Assembly (NCBI GenBank): GCA_964016885.1
Contig: OZ024743.1
Location: 317,068,001-317,132,000, forward strand
Source: Eledone cirrhosa
Taxonomy: Eukaryota
DNA: 64,000 nucleotides
Reading direction: 5' to 3'
Shown: positions 39,448 through 53,300 of the stretch, piece by piece
How the letters are laid out: each line of letters opens with the position of its first letter
How positions within the stretch are numbered: position 1 is the first letter of the stretch
Made by a program: the position numbers and the translations under genes
The notes under the pieces: generated by a model
Database searches by the model: none
The model's input: only the letters and a program-made list of their open reading frames with translations
Told to the model about the DNA's origin: nothing

Positions 39448-41022
39448 ATTGCTGATACAATCTGCTGGTTACAACTCTTGGCAGAATGAAGGGAGTTGAT
39501 CATCAGATCTGACCAAGGATACAATGTTTCTATTGGTCTTTCCATTGCTGATACAATCTGCTGGTTACAACTCTTGGCAGAATGAAGGGAGTTGATCATC
39601 AGATCTGACCAAGGATACAATGTTTCTATTGGTCTTTCCATTGCTGATACAATCTGCTGGTTGCAACTCTTGGCAGAATGAAGAGAGTTGATCATCAGAT
39701 CTGACCAAGGATACAATGTTTCTATTGGTCTTTCCATTGCTGATACAATCTGCTGGTTGCAACTCTTGGCAGAATGAAGAGAGTTGATCATCAGATCTGA
39801 CCAAGGATACAATGTTTCTATTGGTCTTTCCATTGCTGATACAATCTGCTGGTTGCAACTCTTGGCAGAATGAAGAGAGTTGATCATCAGATCTGACCAA
39901 GGATACAATGTTTCTATTGGTCTTTCCATTGCTGATACAATCTGCTGGTTGCAACTCTTGGCAGAATGAAGAGAGTTGATCATCAGATCTGACCAAGGAT
40001 ACAATGTTTCTATTGGTCTTTCCATTGCTGATACAATCTGCTGGTTGCAACTCTTGGCAGAATGAAGGGAGTTGATCATCAGATCTGACCAAGGATACAA
40101 TGTTTCTATTGGTCTTTCCATTGCTGATACAATCTGCTGGTTGCAACTCTTGGCAGAATGAAGGGAGTTGATCATCAGATCTGACCAAGGATACAATGTT
40201 TCTATTGGTCTTTCCATTGCTGATACAATCTGCTGGTTGCAACTCTTGGCAGAATGAAGGGAGTTGATCATCAGATCTGACCAAGGATACAATGTTTCTA
40301 TTGGTCTTTCCATTGCTGATACAATCTGCTGGTTGCAACTCTTGGCAGAATGAAGGGAGTTGATCATCAGATCTGACCAAGGATACAATGTTTCTATTGG
40401 TCTTTCCATTGCTGATACAATCTGCTGGTTGCAACTCTTGGCAGAATGAAGGGAGTTGATCATCAGATCTGACCAAGGATACAATGTTTCTATTGGTCTT
40501 TCCATTGCTGATACAATCTGCTGGTTGCAACTCTTGGCAGAATGAAGGGAGTTGATCATCAGATCTGACCAAGGATACAATGTTTCTATTGGTCTTTCCA
40601 TTGCTGATACAATCTGCTGGTTGCAACTCTTGGCAGAATGAAGAGAGTTGATCATCAGATCTGACCAAGGATACAATGTTTCTATTGGTCTTTCCATTGC
40701 TGATACAATCTGCTGGTTGCAACTCTTGGCAGAATGAAGAGAGTTGATCATCAGATCTGACCAAGGATACAATGTTTCTATTGGTCTTTCCATTGCTGAT
40801 ACAATCTGCTGGTTGCAACTCTTGGCAGAATGAAGGGAGTTGATCATCAGATCTGACCAAGGATACAATGTTTCTATTGGTCTTTCCATTGCTGATACAA
40901 TCTGCTGGTTGCAACTCTTGGCAGAATGAAGGGAGTTGATCATCAGATCTGACCAAGGATACAATGTTTCTATTGGTCTTTCCATTGCTGATACAATCTT
41001 CTGGTTGTGACTCTTGGCAGAA
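39448..41022. repeat. 96-bp tandem satellite, 16 full units plus one partial, nearly homogeneous
   Basis: The period is 96 (39481 and 39961 are in phase at 5x96). Only two variable sites occur among the full units. Confidence 0.97.
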
Positions 41023-41460
41023 GGAGGGGAGCTGGGGCTTGAACTCAGAAGACATAAAGATGGATCAGCTACCATAAAATATCTTGTCTGACTCTTTTAC
41101 AATTCCACCAATCCACTGTCCCTGCTGGGCTGGTACTTTATTGACCCTGTTAGGATGAAAAGCAAAGTTGACCTTGGTAGTATCTGAACAGAGTGTATGG
41201 AGCTAGGACAAATACAGTGACATTTTATGCAATTCTGTAGTCGTTCTGTCATTAGAAGTGAGGTCCATACAATCAACTAAATTACAAGAAGACAATAACC
41301 TAAGATTTGACTGCTGTCCAATGTCTGAAACATAAAACAATAAATGAATATATAGATGCACATACACATATACACACACACAAACAGATATAAATATTAT
41401 ACAAGCAAATGGACATATGCACACAAAAATATATATGCATACACAGATGGATGGTTACAT

Positions 41461-41540
<80 letters not shown>

Positions 41541-43074
41541 TATATATATATTGTATATATTTATATCTGTTGAAGGTATTTTTGTTAAAACTGAAGAATG
41601 AAATGTAATCTTGTCATTACCATATTTCTAATGAAAGACATTTCCTTTGGTTTTCAAATCATTTGAAAATAATCAAGGATTTGGAAGAATTTAGTAATAC
41701 AACTAATTTCTCATTACTGACCTGGTGTTTAGAACATAATTTAACGAAAGTTCTTATAAAATTGTGAAGGGAGATTTTTACATAATTATAACACTTTAAC
41801 CTTTTTGTTACCATATTTCTAACAAAAGACACTGATTATGGTTTTCAAATAATTATGAAAACAATCAAGAATTATTTTTTTTTTAGTGAGACTTACTAAT
41901 GTAATTGAGTTTCTCATTATTAAGTTGGTATTTAGAAGATAAAGGTTTTTACATAAAATTATGATGGAAGGTCTTTAGATAGATATATACATTGTAATAT
42001 AACTTTTTCATTATTAAGTTGGTATTTGGAAGATAACTTAAAAGGTTTTACATTAAATTATTGTGGAAAGTTTTTAGATAAATATATACACTTTAAAAAG
42101 GACAGTTTTGTGTCATAGAACCTGGATGGTGGCATGGTTCAGGTAGTTTGGTATTGAAATGATAAAATATAGAATGACAGATTTTTTTTACCTTCTTTCA
42201 TGTATTTCTGTATAAATCTGTTAAGATATTAAATTCTTCATTGCATTGAGAGAACCAAAAGCAATGACAGATAGACTGATAAGGAGTTAGATATAGAGTC
42301 AGAGTGAGAAAGATATAAAGAGGGATAGAAAGTAGAGACAAGTGAAAGGAGGAAGAAAGAAAGATATGTAGATGGGGAGAGATGTGAGTAGAGAAGGTGG
42401 TGGTAGTGATGATGTCTGTGCATTGGTGGTATGGTGGCTGTGTGTGTGTGTGGTGACAAAGATGATAGTGGTAGTGGTGATATGGTGCTGATGATGGCAG
42501 TGGTGGGGGTGGGTGCAGGGTGACAAAATGATAGGGGTGGTGGTGGTAATGGATGTGGTTGTGTTGGTGAAATGTGGTGGGTACAATAATGATGTCAGTG
42601 ATGGTGGTGGTGATGTGTGTGCATGTGGTGGTATGGTGGTGATGGTGGTTGTGTGTGGGTGTGGTGACAAAGATGATAGTAGTGGTGGCAGTGAGGATGG
42701 CTGTGGTGGCAGTGATTAAAATGGTAGGGGGGTAGTGTGTATATGTGTGTGTAGTGCTGATGATAGTGGTGGCATGTGTGTGTGTAGTGCTGATGATAGG
42801 GGTAACATGTGTGTGCTGTGGTGGTGGTAAACTGCTTCATCTTTTTACAAGTGAAGATATTATCAACTGAGATAAAATAGACATTACTGAAAGAACAAAA
42901 GTGAAAGAGAGAGGGGGGGGGGGGCAGAGAGAGAAGTATGGTTTTGAGGGAGAAAGAGATGTGTAGGTGGGAGATGGAGGAGAGAGATTCTGGAAGAAAT
43001 TGGATTCCTGGAAACAAAGAACTGAAATCAGAGAATCCATTAAGTCAGAGTAGTTTTGTTCTGAGACTAATATA

Positions 43075-43096
43075 ATATGCACACACACAAACATAT

Positions 43097-43134
<38 letters not shown>

Positions 43135-43174
43135 CACCATTCACATGTGTACATATATGCATACACACAAACAC

Positions 43175-43228
<54 letters not shown>

Positions 43229-43268
43229 CACCATTCACATGTGTACATATATGCATACACACAAACAC

Positions 43269-43308
<40 letters not shown>

Positions 43309-43348
43309 CACCATTCACATGTGTACATATATGCATACACACAAACAC

Positions 43349-43400
<52 letters not shown>

Positions 43401-43440
43401 CACCATTCACATGTGTACATATATGCATACACACAAACAC

Positions 43441-43484
<44 letters not shown>

Positions 43485-43524
43485 CACCATTCACATGTGT
43501 ACATATATGCATACACACAAACAC

Positions 43525-43564
<40 letters not shown>

Positions 43565-43600
43565 CACCATTCACATGTATACATATATGCATACACATTC
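43075..43600. repeat. Minisatellite of a ~50-bp constant core plus variable (TA)n, about 6 units
   Basis: GACACCATTCACATGTGTACATATATGCATACACACAAACACATATATACAT(AT)n repeated. Confidence 0.92.
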
Positions 43601-43825
43601 ATACAGATGAATTCATGGGAGCATAGAAAAACATACATACACATATGCACACATACAAACCAAATACAGACACACATGTACACGCATTGATTAATAAAGA
43701 TGAGATGTGTTATTTGATGAAACATCCTTCTAAAGTAATGACAATATTGCTTCACTAACATATATGATATATACACACACATATATATACATACATACAC
43801 ACATACATATATATATTTGCATTTA

Positions 43826-45476
43826 TCATCATCATCATCATCATCATCAACGTTTAACGTCCGTGTTCCACGCTTGCATGGGTTTGGACGGGGGTAGTCC
43901 CACTTGAGGCAAGAGTGATTGTCTTGCTCGCATAGGACTGTCTGGCAGGTTTTCTACAGTTGGATGCCCTTCCTAACACCAACCACATTTACAGTGTGGG
44001 TCTGGGAGGTTTTTACCGTGTTGCCTACACGGCCACATTACAGCGTGGACTGTGTGTTTTTTTGTCGTGACACCTACACGATCTCATTTGTTTCGGCCTC
44101 GATGGCGCGGCACCAACATAACTTTACATAGAACGGGGTGGTGTGGATCGGGTGGGGGTGGTGGGACGGGGTGTATTTGTTAGAGATGCCTACTGGCTGG
44201 AGTAGGTTTTACTATATATTTAGGTAAGGCGGGTCTTCTCTGTTACTGAGTACCGCCAAAGGTCTCGGTCCAGTGACATTGTCTTGGAGAGGTGTAAGTG
44301 TGTGATGTCGGAGTTTATCAGCTCGTCCCAGGTTTTTCTAGGTCTGCCTATTCCGTGACTACCGTCTATCTTTATTGCCCTGCACTTTGTTATACAGCTA
44401 TCGACTTTCATGCGCATCACGTGTCCATACCAACGTAGCCTTCTCTCGAGTAAACAACATCTGATCCCTCTTATCTCTAATTTATTCCTTAGTTCGTTTA
44501 TGCTTTGCCGTTCACGTATATTACTGTTACACATCCAGCGGAGCATGCAAGCTTCGTTCCTCTCTAGTCTGCGTATATCCTCTGCACACAATGCCCAGGT
44601 CTCACTGCCATGCAGCATTGCTGTTCGTATGCAGGCATCGTACAACCTGCCTTTCATTTTTAGTGAGAACCCTTTAGCAGCTAATAGTGGTATAAGCTCT
44701 CTGAACTTTTTCCAACCAGTTCTGACTCTAGCTACAGTACTTTCAGAGCACCCTCCCCCACTGCTGATTTTATCGCCCAGGTAACGGAAGCTGTCCACTA
44801 TTTCTATAGAACCCTCTGCGCAATTGAAAGAGCTAGTAGTTTGTGGGCACTTGCTGCTACTTATTGCACCAGAGCACCGGCCACATGTAAAATCTATGTT
44901 CTTAGTTAGCTTACCTGTGATCCCACTACATCTTTTATGCACCCATACTTTGCATTTAGGACATAAAATGGAGTTTCTACCTACGCCTTTCCTACACACC
45001 GAGCACGACCATTTCCCAGAAGGGACCGCCGCCTTGTTTTCTTTCCTACAAACTAGTACTTTGGTCTTAGCCAGGTTAATTTTAAGTCCTTTTGACTCTA
45101 GGCCGTGCTTCCATGTTTGGAATTTCTTCTCTAGCTCGGCCATTGATTCCGCTATGAGTGTCAGGTCGTCTGCGTATAGGAGTTCCCATGGGCAGCCTGT
45201 CTTGAACTCCTCTGTTATGGCCTGAAGGGCAATAATAAATAGTAGTGGACTGAGAACAGAGCCCTGATGGACGCCGACTTTTACGCTAAACTCTTCACTA
45301 TATTCGTTGTTAATTCTAACCTTGCTGACTGTTTCTTTATACATGGCTTGTATAGCCCTCACAAGCCATTCGTCAACGCCTAGTTTTCTAAGAGCCCACC
45401 AGATAATGGAGCGGGGGACTCTGTCGAAGGCTTTCTCCAAGTCGACAAAAGCTAAGTAGAGGGGTTTACCTTTAGC
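43826..45476 (-). mobile_element. RTE-type LINE (second family), 3' part running into the assembly gap; open RT/C-terminal ORF at 44220-45476
   Basis: Motifs LYLAFVDLEKAFDRV, GVHQGSVLSPLLF, LYADD, a PHD-like Cys cluster, HGSETW and GRPRKTW. 3' UTR at 43855-44219 and a (GAT)n tail on the minus strand. Confidence 0.93.
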
Positions 45477-45676
45477 NNNNNNNNNNNNNNNNNNNNNNNN
45501 NNNNNNNNNNNNNNNNNNNNNNNNNNNNNNNNNNNNNNNNNNNNNNNNNNNNNNNNNNNNNNNNNNNNNNNNNNNNNNNNNNNNNNNNNNNNNNNNNNNN
45601 NNNNNNNNNNNNNNNNNNNNNNNNNNNNNNNNNNNNNNNNNNNNNNNNNNNNNNNNNNNNNNNNNNNNNNNNNNNN
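45477..45676. other. Assembly gap (200 N)
   Basis: Run of N that interrupts the RTE LINE. Confidence 1.
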
Positions 45677-48026
45677 ATTTATGTAGACTTTTAAAGTTGG
45701 TGAAAATCAGCCAAATATTAGCCTTGAATATAAGCAGACCCTCATTTTACCATTGATTTTATTTTTTGTCACATATTTCTTAGCTTATATACAAGTATAT
45801 ACGGTATTATATTGTAGTACCAACATGTTACAGTGTGTACTGAGTGCATTTTATCCAAATATATTTCACTATGATCTCATAGCATACCTAACTCCTTCAC
45901 GACTGTATTTCTAACAAAATACACTCTGTTTCAATTAGTGAAGACTATTGATGGATTTACTCAAATTATTTCATTACTTATATATAGCAACTTAACATAT
46001 GGCTTTTATATCAAATTATGTTGGAAGATTTTAATTTAAATAGAAATCTTTTAAAATGGATGGTCTTGTTTCAGTGAACTAAGGCCGGTTTTAGCTGGTT
46101 TGAATCAAAAGTATTAATTCTATCATTAACATATTTCTAATGAAAGATACTGCCTTTAATTTTCAATTAAATTTGAAAATAATCAAGAGGTCAAAGATGC
46201 CATCTGAACAAAGAAGAGGGCTTACAAAGCTTGCAATACAAGTAGGCACAAAGAAGCACAGCAGAGACAGTAAAGGCGTCCAAAGTTAAGACATGGGAGG
46301 ACTTTGGGCTAAGCTGGAATCAGTCTTCAAATCAGTATTTGAGGATTGTTTGAGGAAGGAGTGTTTGAGGACTCTGCCCCCATGACCCTCTTAAGTGGAT
46401 GAAGAAGAGAGTGAGAATAATCAAGAATTTGAAGAGATTTTGTAATATAGCTAACTTTCTCATTACTAAGCTAGTAATTGATTTTTAAAAAAAACATTTT
46501 AAAATGTTCTTATTTAAATTAATATCTTCCAGTATGATTTTATAAAAACAATATGTTATGTTACTAGCTTAGTGAAATAACTAATAATTTTAGTGAATCT
46601 TTCAAAATTCTTCATTAATTAATTGAAATATAGTATATTTCATTAGAAGTATAATTGCGAAAGAGTTAAGAATAATATCATCATCCTCATCATTTAACAG
46701 TTGTTCTCCCAAGTAGCATGGGTATAAGTAATAACATAAACAGTTTGTACTCTATTTCTAGGTTTATATATGTGTGTGTAGTAAAGTGGTGTTTTCTGCT
46801 GTCTCCAAGTTATTTATAAGTAGCAAGTTAATAATAACATTGAGTAGTTATTTTATCTTGTAAGGTCAGTAAATAAAAAACCAACACTGTGTAACTTTCT
46901 TCAGTATTGACTCTACTGATTCTACTGACTCAACAGCTACAACACCCCTTCCATACCAACTTTATTGTTATCAACTTGACATTTTCTTAGGATGTAGGAC
47001 ATAACATGGCATTTACTTACTTTGCCTGATAAAATATTTTGTATCAGTGCATTTTTTTTTTTGTTGTTGAAAATGAAGGTGCATGGCTTGGTGGTTAGGA
47101 TGGTCAGCTCAGGATTATAGGGTCATCAGTTTGATTCCCAGTGTTGCATTCTATCCTTCAAGAAGACACTTTATTTTACATTACTCCAGTCCACTCTGGA
47201 CTATACATATAATTCAAAGGGCCAGCTTTGTCACATATTTGTGTCATGCTGTATTTCCCTGAGAACTATTTTAATGTTACATGTATCTGTGGAATTCTCA
47301 ACTACTTATTCTATTATACAAAATGTACTTTACCTCCTATAAATCACAAAGCCAGCCTTGTCACATTGCCATACTTACACTGAATCTTTCTGAGAATTAC
47401 ATTAAAGGCATACATGTCTATGGAATACTCAGCCACTTCAACATTAATTTCATGAGCTGTTCTATAGGTTAAACAGCTGAAGCACTCATTGTCAGAAGCA
47501 ATGCAGTTCCAACACTTCTGTCAGAATGTATAGATTGGTTATATCTAATGTGATATATATATATAAAGCAGGGAAAAGCAGACGTAAAATGATGATGATG
47601 ATGATGATGATATATATATATATATACAAATAATGAATCAAAACATATCAAATATGTTTAGAATTTTGTGTTTCTCAATGAGCAAGCTTAATAAACTTTA
47701 TCTAGAACCATAATAACCAAATGAAAAAATATATGTATATATGGAGAGAAAGAGCCATATATCGTACAAGAAACACGGTATATTGTATATATACTGAATA
47801 TATATTCTATAGAAGAATATGTACACAGGTGGAATCATAAGTGAAACCTTATAGCGCTATATCATATCTGAAGAGTGTGGGTAAAAATCAATCTATGTAA
47901 TCGATCATTGAAAAATCAATCAATATACAATCATCAAAGACAAACTATCGATTAAGATTAAACCACATGAGACTCAGGTACTCTTTCTCTCTCTCTATAT
48001 ATATATACATATATCTTTTCATTTGG

Positions 48027-48078
<52 letters not shown>

Positions 48079-49684
48079 ATTAAGGTATTCACTCTAACAA
48101 AGCTGTATACATATATGTATGCATATTTTATATATCTCGCAATATACAGTGTGTTTACAAATAAACATTTTGAAAGCCTTCAGTTATGAATTTTGAAACT
48201 GATGATGTAACACCATCTAGAAAAAGGGGGAGAGTGAGTGTGGTGGTTGTAATTGCAATGTTGAAAAAAAATGTTTAATCCCAGACAATTATATTATTTG
48301 TGACAAATTTGTCAGAAATTAATCAATATGGGAACACAATGTCTGTATTATTGATTTTAATTTCTCGTTAATGAAACACACATAAGATAATAAATGATTT
48401 GATTCCAGCAAGAACTTTGGTCATTCATTTAATATATATATAAAATATCATATTGATCTTTAATTTTTGGTGATTGTTTCTAATTAAGCTGTGTAATTTC
48501 CACAGGGTCAGCTAATCAGTCACTCTCCAGCGTTACTGGTAACATGTAACCCAGCACAACCTGTCACATGGTCAGATTGATGGCAACTGAACTGGCAACT
48601 GGTGATTGTTGGACACCCTGCGGGATGAAACACAAAACCCATCTAAAGGTGGAGGAACTCAGGAGAGCCACCGACCATCCAATAGTGTAAAATAAAACAA
48701 GGTAGACAGAGCTGCAGTTTAATAACCAGCTACCCAGTAATGGTTGGACGAGGATTCAGGACCCACTGATATCATTTTTTTCCCAATGAGAATCATGGAC
48801 ATACACCATCATATAGATTAGCATTGGTGCTATTGTCCATGGTCTCCGACATACAATATCATATACTTTTGGTCTCAAATAATGCCCCCACCCCCACCCT
48901 CTTATTAATTTTTTTAACTCCTTCATTACCATATTTTAATAACAGACACTGCCTATAATTTTGAAAATAATCAAGAATTTGGAAAGATTTAGTAATGTAA
49001 CTAATTTTCATATTATTTAGCTGATAAAGGGCAGTAGATTGGCAATATCAGTAGAATGTCAGACAACGTGCTTTGCAGCACAGTTATATCCCTTTATGTT
49101 CTGAATTCAAATCCCGCTGAGGTTAAGCTTTGCCTTTCATCCTTATGGGATTGATAAAATAAAATACCAGTCACACATTGGGGTCGATGTAATTATATAG
49201 CTGATAATTAAAGATTCTCATATAAAATTGGTTTTGAGATAAATCTCACTTTAAATCAAACAGCTGCTTTGGTTAGTGAAGTCCACCATTAGATTCACCT
49301 TTTTGTTACCATATTTCTCACAAAAGACACTGTCAATTATTTATAAATAATTTCAAAAATAATCAATAATGTTGAGGGATTTAGCAGTATAATTATTCGT
49401 GAGTGAATAATAATAATATCATATTATTAATATTCGGTTTGTTTACTAGTAAACAGCCTCATAAAACACCATGTGGTAGATGACAATGTCATCTTTTTGT
49501 TCCAATGGTATCTAAGAGAAAACAATTGACAATTGTTTTTTGGTGTCTTTCTCTGTGTCAAGATTGTGTATTCTGCTCATTAAGAGTGAAAACAAATTTT
49601 GTTTTTTGCAATATAATTAACTTTCTCATTATTAAACTGGTGTATGGAACATAACTTAACTATGGTTGTGATATGAAATCATGT

Positions 49685-50365
49685 ATGCAGGGTGGGCCAT
49701 TTGTTGGTGTGTGTATATATACATGTGTGTATATACAGGGTGTGTCATTTGTTGGTGTACATGTGTGTGTACAGGATGGGTCATTTGTTGGTGTATATGT
49801 GTGCGTGTGTACACAGAGTGAACCTTTTGTTGGTGTACATGTGTGTGTATATACAGGGTGAACCTTTTGTTGGTGTACATGTGTGTGTATATACAGGGTG
49901 AACCTTTTGTTGGTGTACATGTGTGTGTATATACAGGGTGAACCTTTTGTTGGTGTACATGTGTGTGTATATACAGGGTGAACCTTTTGTTGGTGTACAT
50001 GTGTGTGTATATACAGGGTGGACCTTTTGTTGGTGTACATGTGTGTGTATATACAGGGTGAACCTTTTGTTGGTGTACATGTGTGTGTATATACAGGGTG
50101 GACCTTTTGTTGGTGTACATATGTATGTGTATTAATGCTGTTGTATATATGTATGTTGTATGTATACAGGGTGGGTCTTTTGTTAGTGTAATATGTGTGT
50201 ATGTTAGTGATTGTGTGTGTAAACAGAGTGGGCCTTTTGTTGGTGTACATATGTATGTTTTTTAGTGCTCATGTATGAATACAGGATGGGTCTTTTGTTA
50301 GTGTACATACGTGTGATGTTAGTACTCCTGTGTGTGTGTATATATATATATAGAGGGTGGGCTTT
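49685..50365. repeat. 40-bp minisatellite with a homogeneous centre and diverged edges
   Basis: ACAGGGTGAACCTTTTGTTGGTGTACATGTGTGTGTATAT repeated. Confidence 0.93.
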
Positions 50366-53300
50366 TTGTTACTCTACTTACAAGTATGTGTGTATGTTAG
50401 TGTTTGTGTGTATAATGTGAGCTATAATCATTTTGCTTATTACAAAGAACAACAATGACAACAAGCACCTTAAGGTCATTTTCCCTGCTAAATAAGGGGT
50501 TAACCTAGCAGGTCCCATGAAAAAGCTTCTCCATTTTTCCCTATCTTTTCCATCTGCCCTCATCAACCACCTGGCTTTCATTTCCTCCTCCATCTTCTTT
50601 AACCAAGTCTTTCTTGGTCATCCCCTTCCTCTATTTCCTTCCACCCATCTGTGTATATCTGGTTTAGAATAGATATACTATATCTGTGTAACTAAAAAAG
50701 GTTGGCACCAGGAAGGGCATCTAGCTATAAAATATTGCTTCAAAAAGGACCCCAAGATGAGTTTATTGATTACAGAGTGACATAAGAGAATAATTGCAAG
50801 CAGGCAACATTTTGAATATTTAATCATCATCACCACCATTGTCATCATCATTGTATATAACTATATAAACTTACAAAAATGGCTTCTGTAATAATTTTGG
50901 AATAAAGTTTAATATCACTATTGTGCTGGTGCCATGGTCAAATACACCCAGTACACTCTGTAAAGTAATAATTGTTTCTAGTTTTGGCACAAGGCCAGCA
51001 ATTACCCAGTGTATTACTGGTACTTTATTTTATCAACCCCATAAGGATGAAAGGCAAAGTTAACCTCGGCGGGATTTGAATTCAGAATGGCAAGGGGCGT
51101 AACTCTATACGTCAAAGCATGGCGTCCGACACTCTACCGTTACTGCCAATCCACCGCCCTTGTAAAGTAATAATGTCACAATAAAATACACCCAGTACAC
51201 CCCTTTGATATGTGGGGCTAACACTGAGTTTTGAAAATTCTTTGTGAGTAAATGCAAGTGTGCATGTATGTGTCTTTGTGAGTAAATGCAAGAGTGTATG
51301 TGTGTGTGTGTGTGTGTTTCTTTAGGAGCGTGTGTGCATGTCTCCATTTGGGAGAGAGCAAATGTGTGTATGTATGGGAGTGAGTGCAAGTGTGTGTGCG
51401 AGGTAGCGAGGGTGGGTATGTATGTATGTATGCATGTGTGTGTTTGGGAATGAGTGTGTGTGGGTGGGGGTGTATGTGTTTGGGAATGAGTGAGTGAGTG
51501 GGTGGGTATGTATATGTGCATGTATGTATTTGGAAATGAGTGTGTCAGTATGTGTATGGGTGGGTGTGTTTATGAATAAATGTGGGTGTGTATGTGTATG
51601 CATGTGTGTTTGGGAATAAGTATGAGTATGTGTGTGTGGGGTATATGTATATGCATGTGTGTTTGGGAATGAATGTGGGTGGGTGTGTATGTGTATGCAT
51701 TTGTGTGTTTGGTAATGCATGTGTTTGTATATATGTTCTAATATATAATGTAAGCTGCTGTAAACACCCCTAAATTACCTGTCATAGTAGTTTTGGTATA
51801 AAGTTTAATATTGCAGTTGTCTCTCTCTTCTTTAGTCACATATATTAACAGTAACCTAGTAAACTAATTATAATACACCCTGTATCACTGAGTATATAAC
51901 TCTGTGTGTGTGTGTGTATGAATGGGAGTAGGCATGTGTGTGTGTGTAAATGGGAGCATGTGTGTGTGTGAGGGGGGGGGGGCAGTGTGTACATATGTGT
52001 GTGTATGTATTTAGTCACATTTCTTAACAGTAAGCTAGTAAACTAATTATAATACACCCTGTATCACTGAGTATGTAACTATGTGTGTGTGTGTGTGTGC
52101 GAATGGGAGCATTGTGTGTGTGTGTACATGAGTGCGTATGTATGTGCCTTTATGTATTCATGATCACGCATGTGTGATTGTATGTGTGTGTGTGTTATGA
52201 TGCATATGTGTGTTCATGTATATGTAAGTATGTACCTGTATTTGTGCCATTGTGTGTGTTCATGCATGTGTGTATGTGTGATTGTGCGTGTATCAATTTG
52301 TAAGAGAATGTACTTCTTCCAAAGTGTGTAGATTGGTTATATAATAAAAAAAAAAATGTTTAAACTACGCAAAAAGCCTGGGATGTGATCAGATTCAAGA
52401 GATGTCCTGAAACTGCCCTGTTTTTTTCATAATTTTAAGGTGTTTATATTTATCTAAAAACTTTCCACCATAATTTTATGTAAGAGCCTTTATGTTTCAA
52501 ACACCAGCGTAATAGTGAAAAAGTTAGTTATATTACAATTTACATATTCATGTAAAAACCTCAATAATGATTTTATGTACGAACTTTTGTTAAGTTATGT
52601 TCCAAATATCAGCTTAAAGGGATGAAAAAGATGTTTAAAATTATCTAAAAACCTTCCATCTTAAAGTTCTTGATTATTTTCAAAATTATTTCAAAATCAT
52701 AGGCAGTGTATTACATTAGTAATATGGTAACAAAAGGGTTAAATGATGTCTTGTCACTTTATACAAATATAAGAAAAATATATGAGCAAAACAGGATTTC
52801 TCTGAGAAGAAAAACAAACACACTGGCTAAGTGTGGTAGCTGTATGTATGAAATATTACCCTGGCTGCTTAATTAACAGTGTCAGGAATAAGTTAAGTGG
52901 TATATAAAGGAGGAGAAGTGAAGATATAGAGAGCAGATAAACTAGGTAACCGCGTGTATTGTGATTCGTGTTATTTGGTTATTTGAAGAACCAATAAGAA
53001 GGCTTTTATTTTTTTTTTAATCCAATATCCGTATAACTCCCCCCCCCCCCCACCATACACCATACACCACACACACACATTTCATATACACTGACAATAC
53101 ACATCTCCACCATCTCCACCTAAAATTGTTGGTCTTCTGCCTAAATTAGAAATCATTAAGCAGTATCGGCAGAGGGTCGGACGCTATGCTTTGCAGTATA
53201 GAGTTACGTCCCTTTGTGGTCTGAGTTCAAATCCTGCCGAGGTTAACTTTGCCTTTCATCCTTACGGGGTCGATAAAATAAAGTACCAGTAATGCACTGA

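Noticed and set aside
39448-41022. CRISPR array
   Set aside because: There are no unique spacers and no cas genes, and the context is eukaryotic.
39423-41075. 550-aa and 496-aa repeat ORFs as a real gene
   Set aside because: A 96-bp unit with no stop in two frames gives long ORFs automatically. The ends run into SINE or flanking sequence, and there is no domain or splice evidence.
43075-43600. CRISPR-like array of constant repeats with variable spacers
   Set aside because: The spacers are only (TA)n of varying length.
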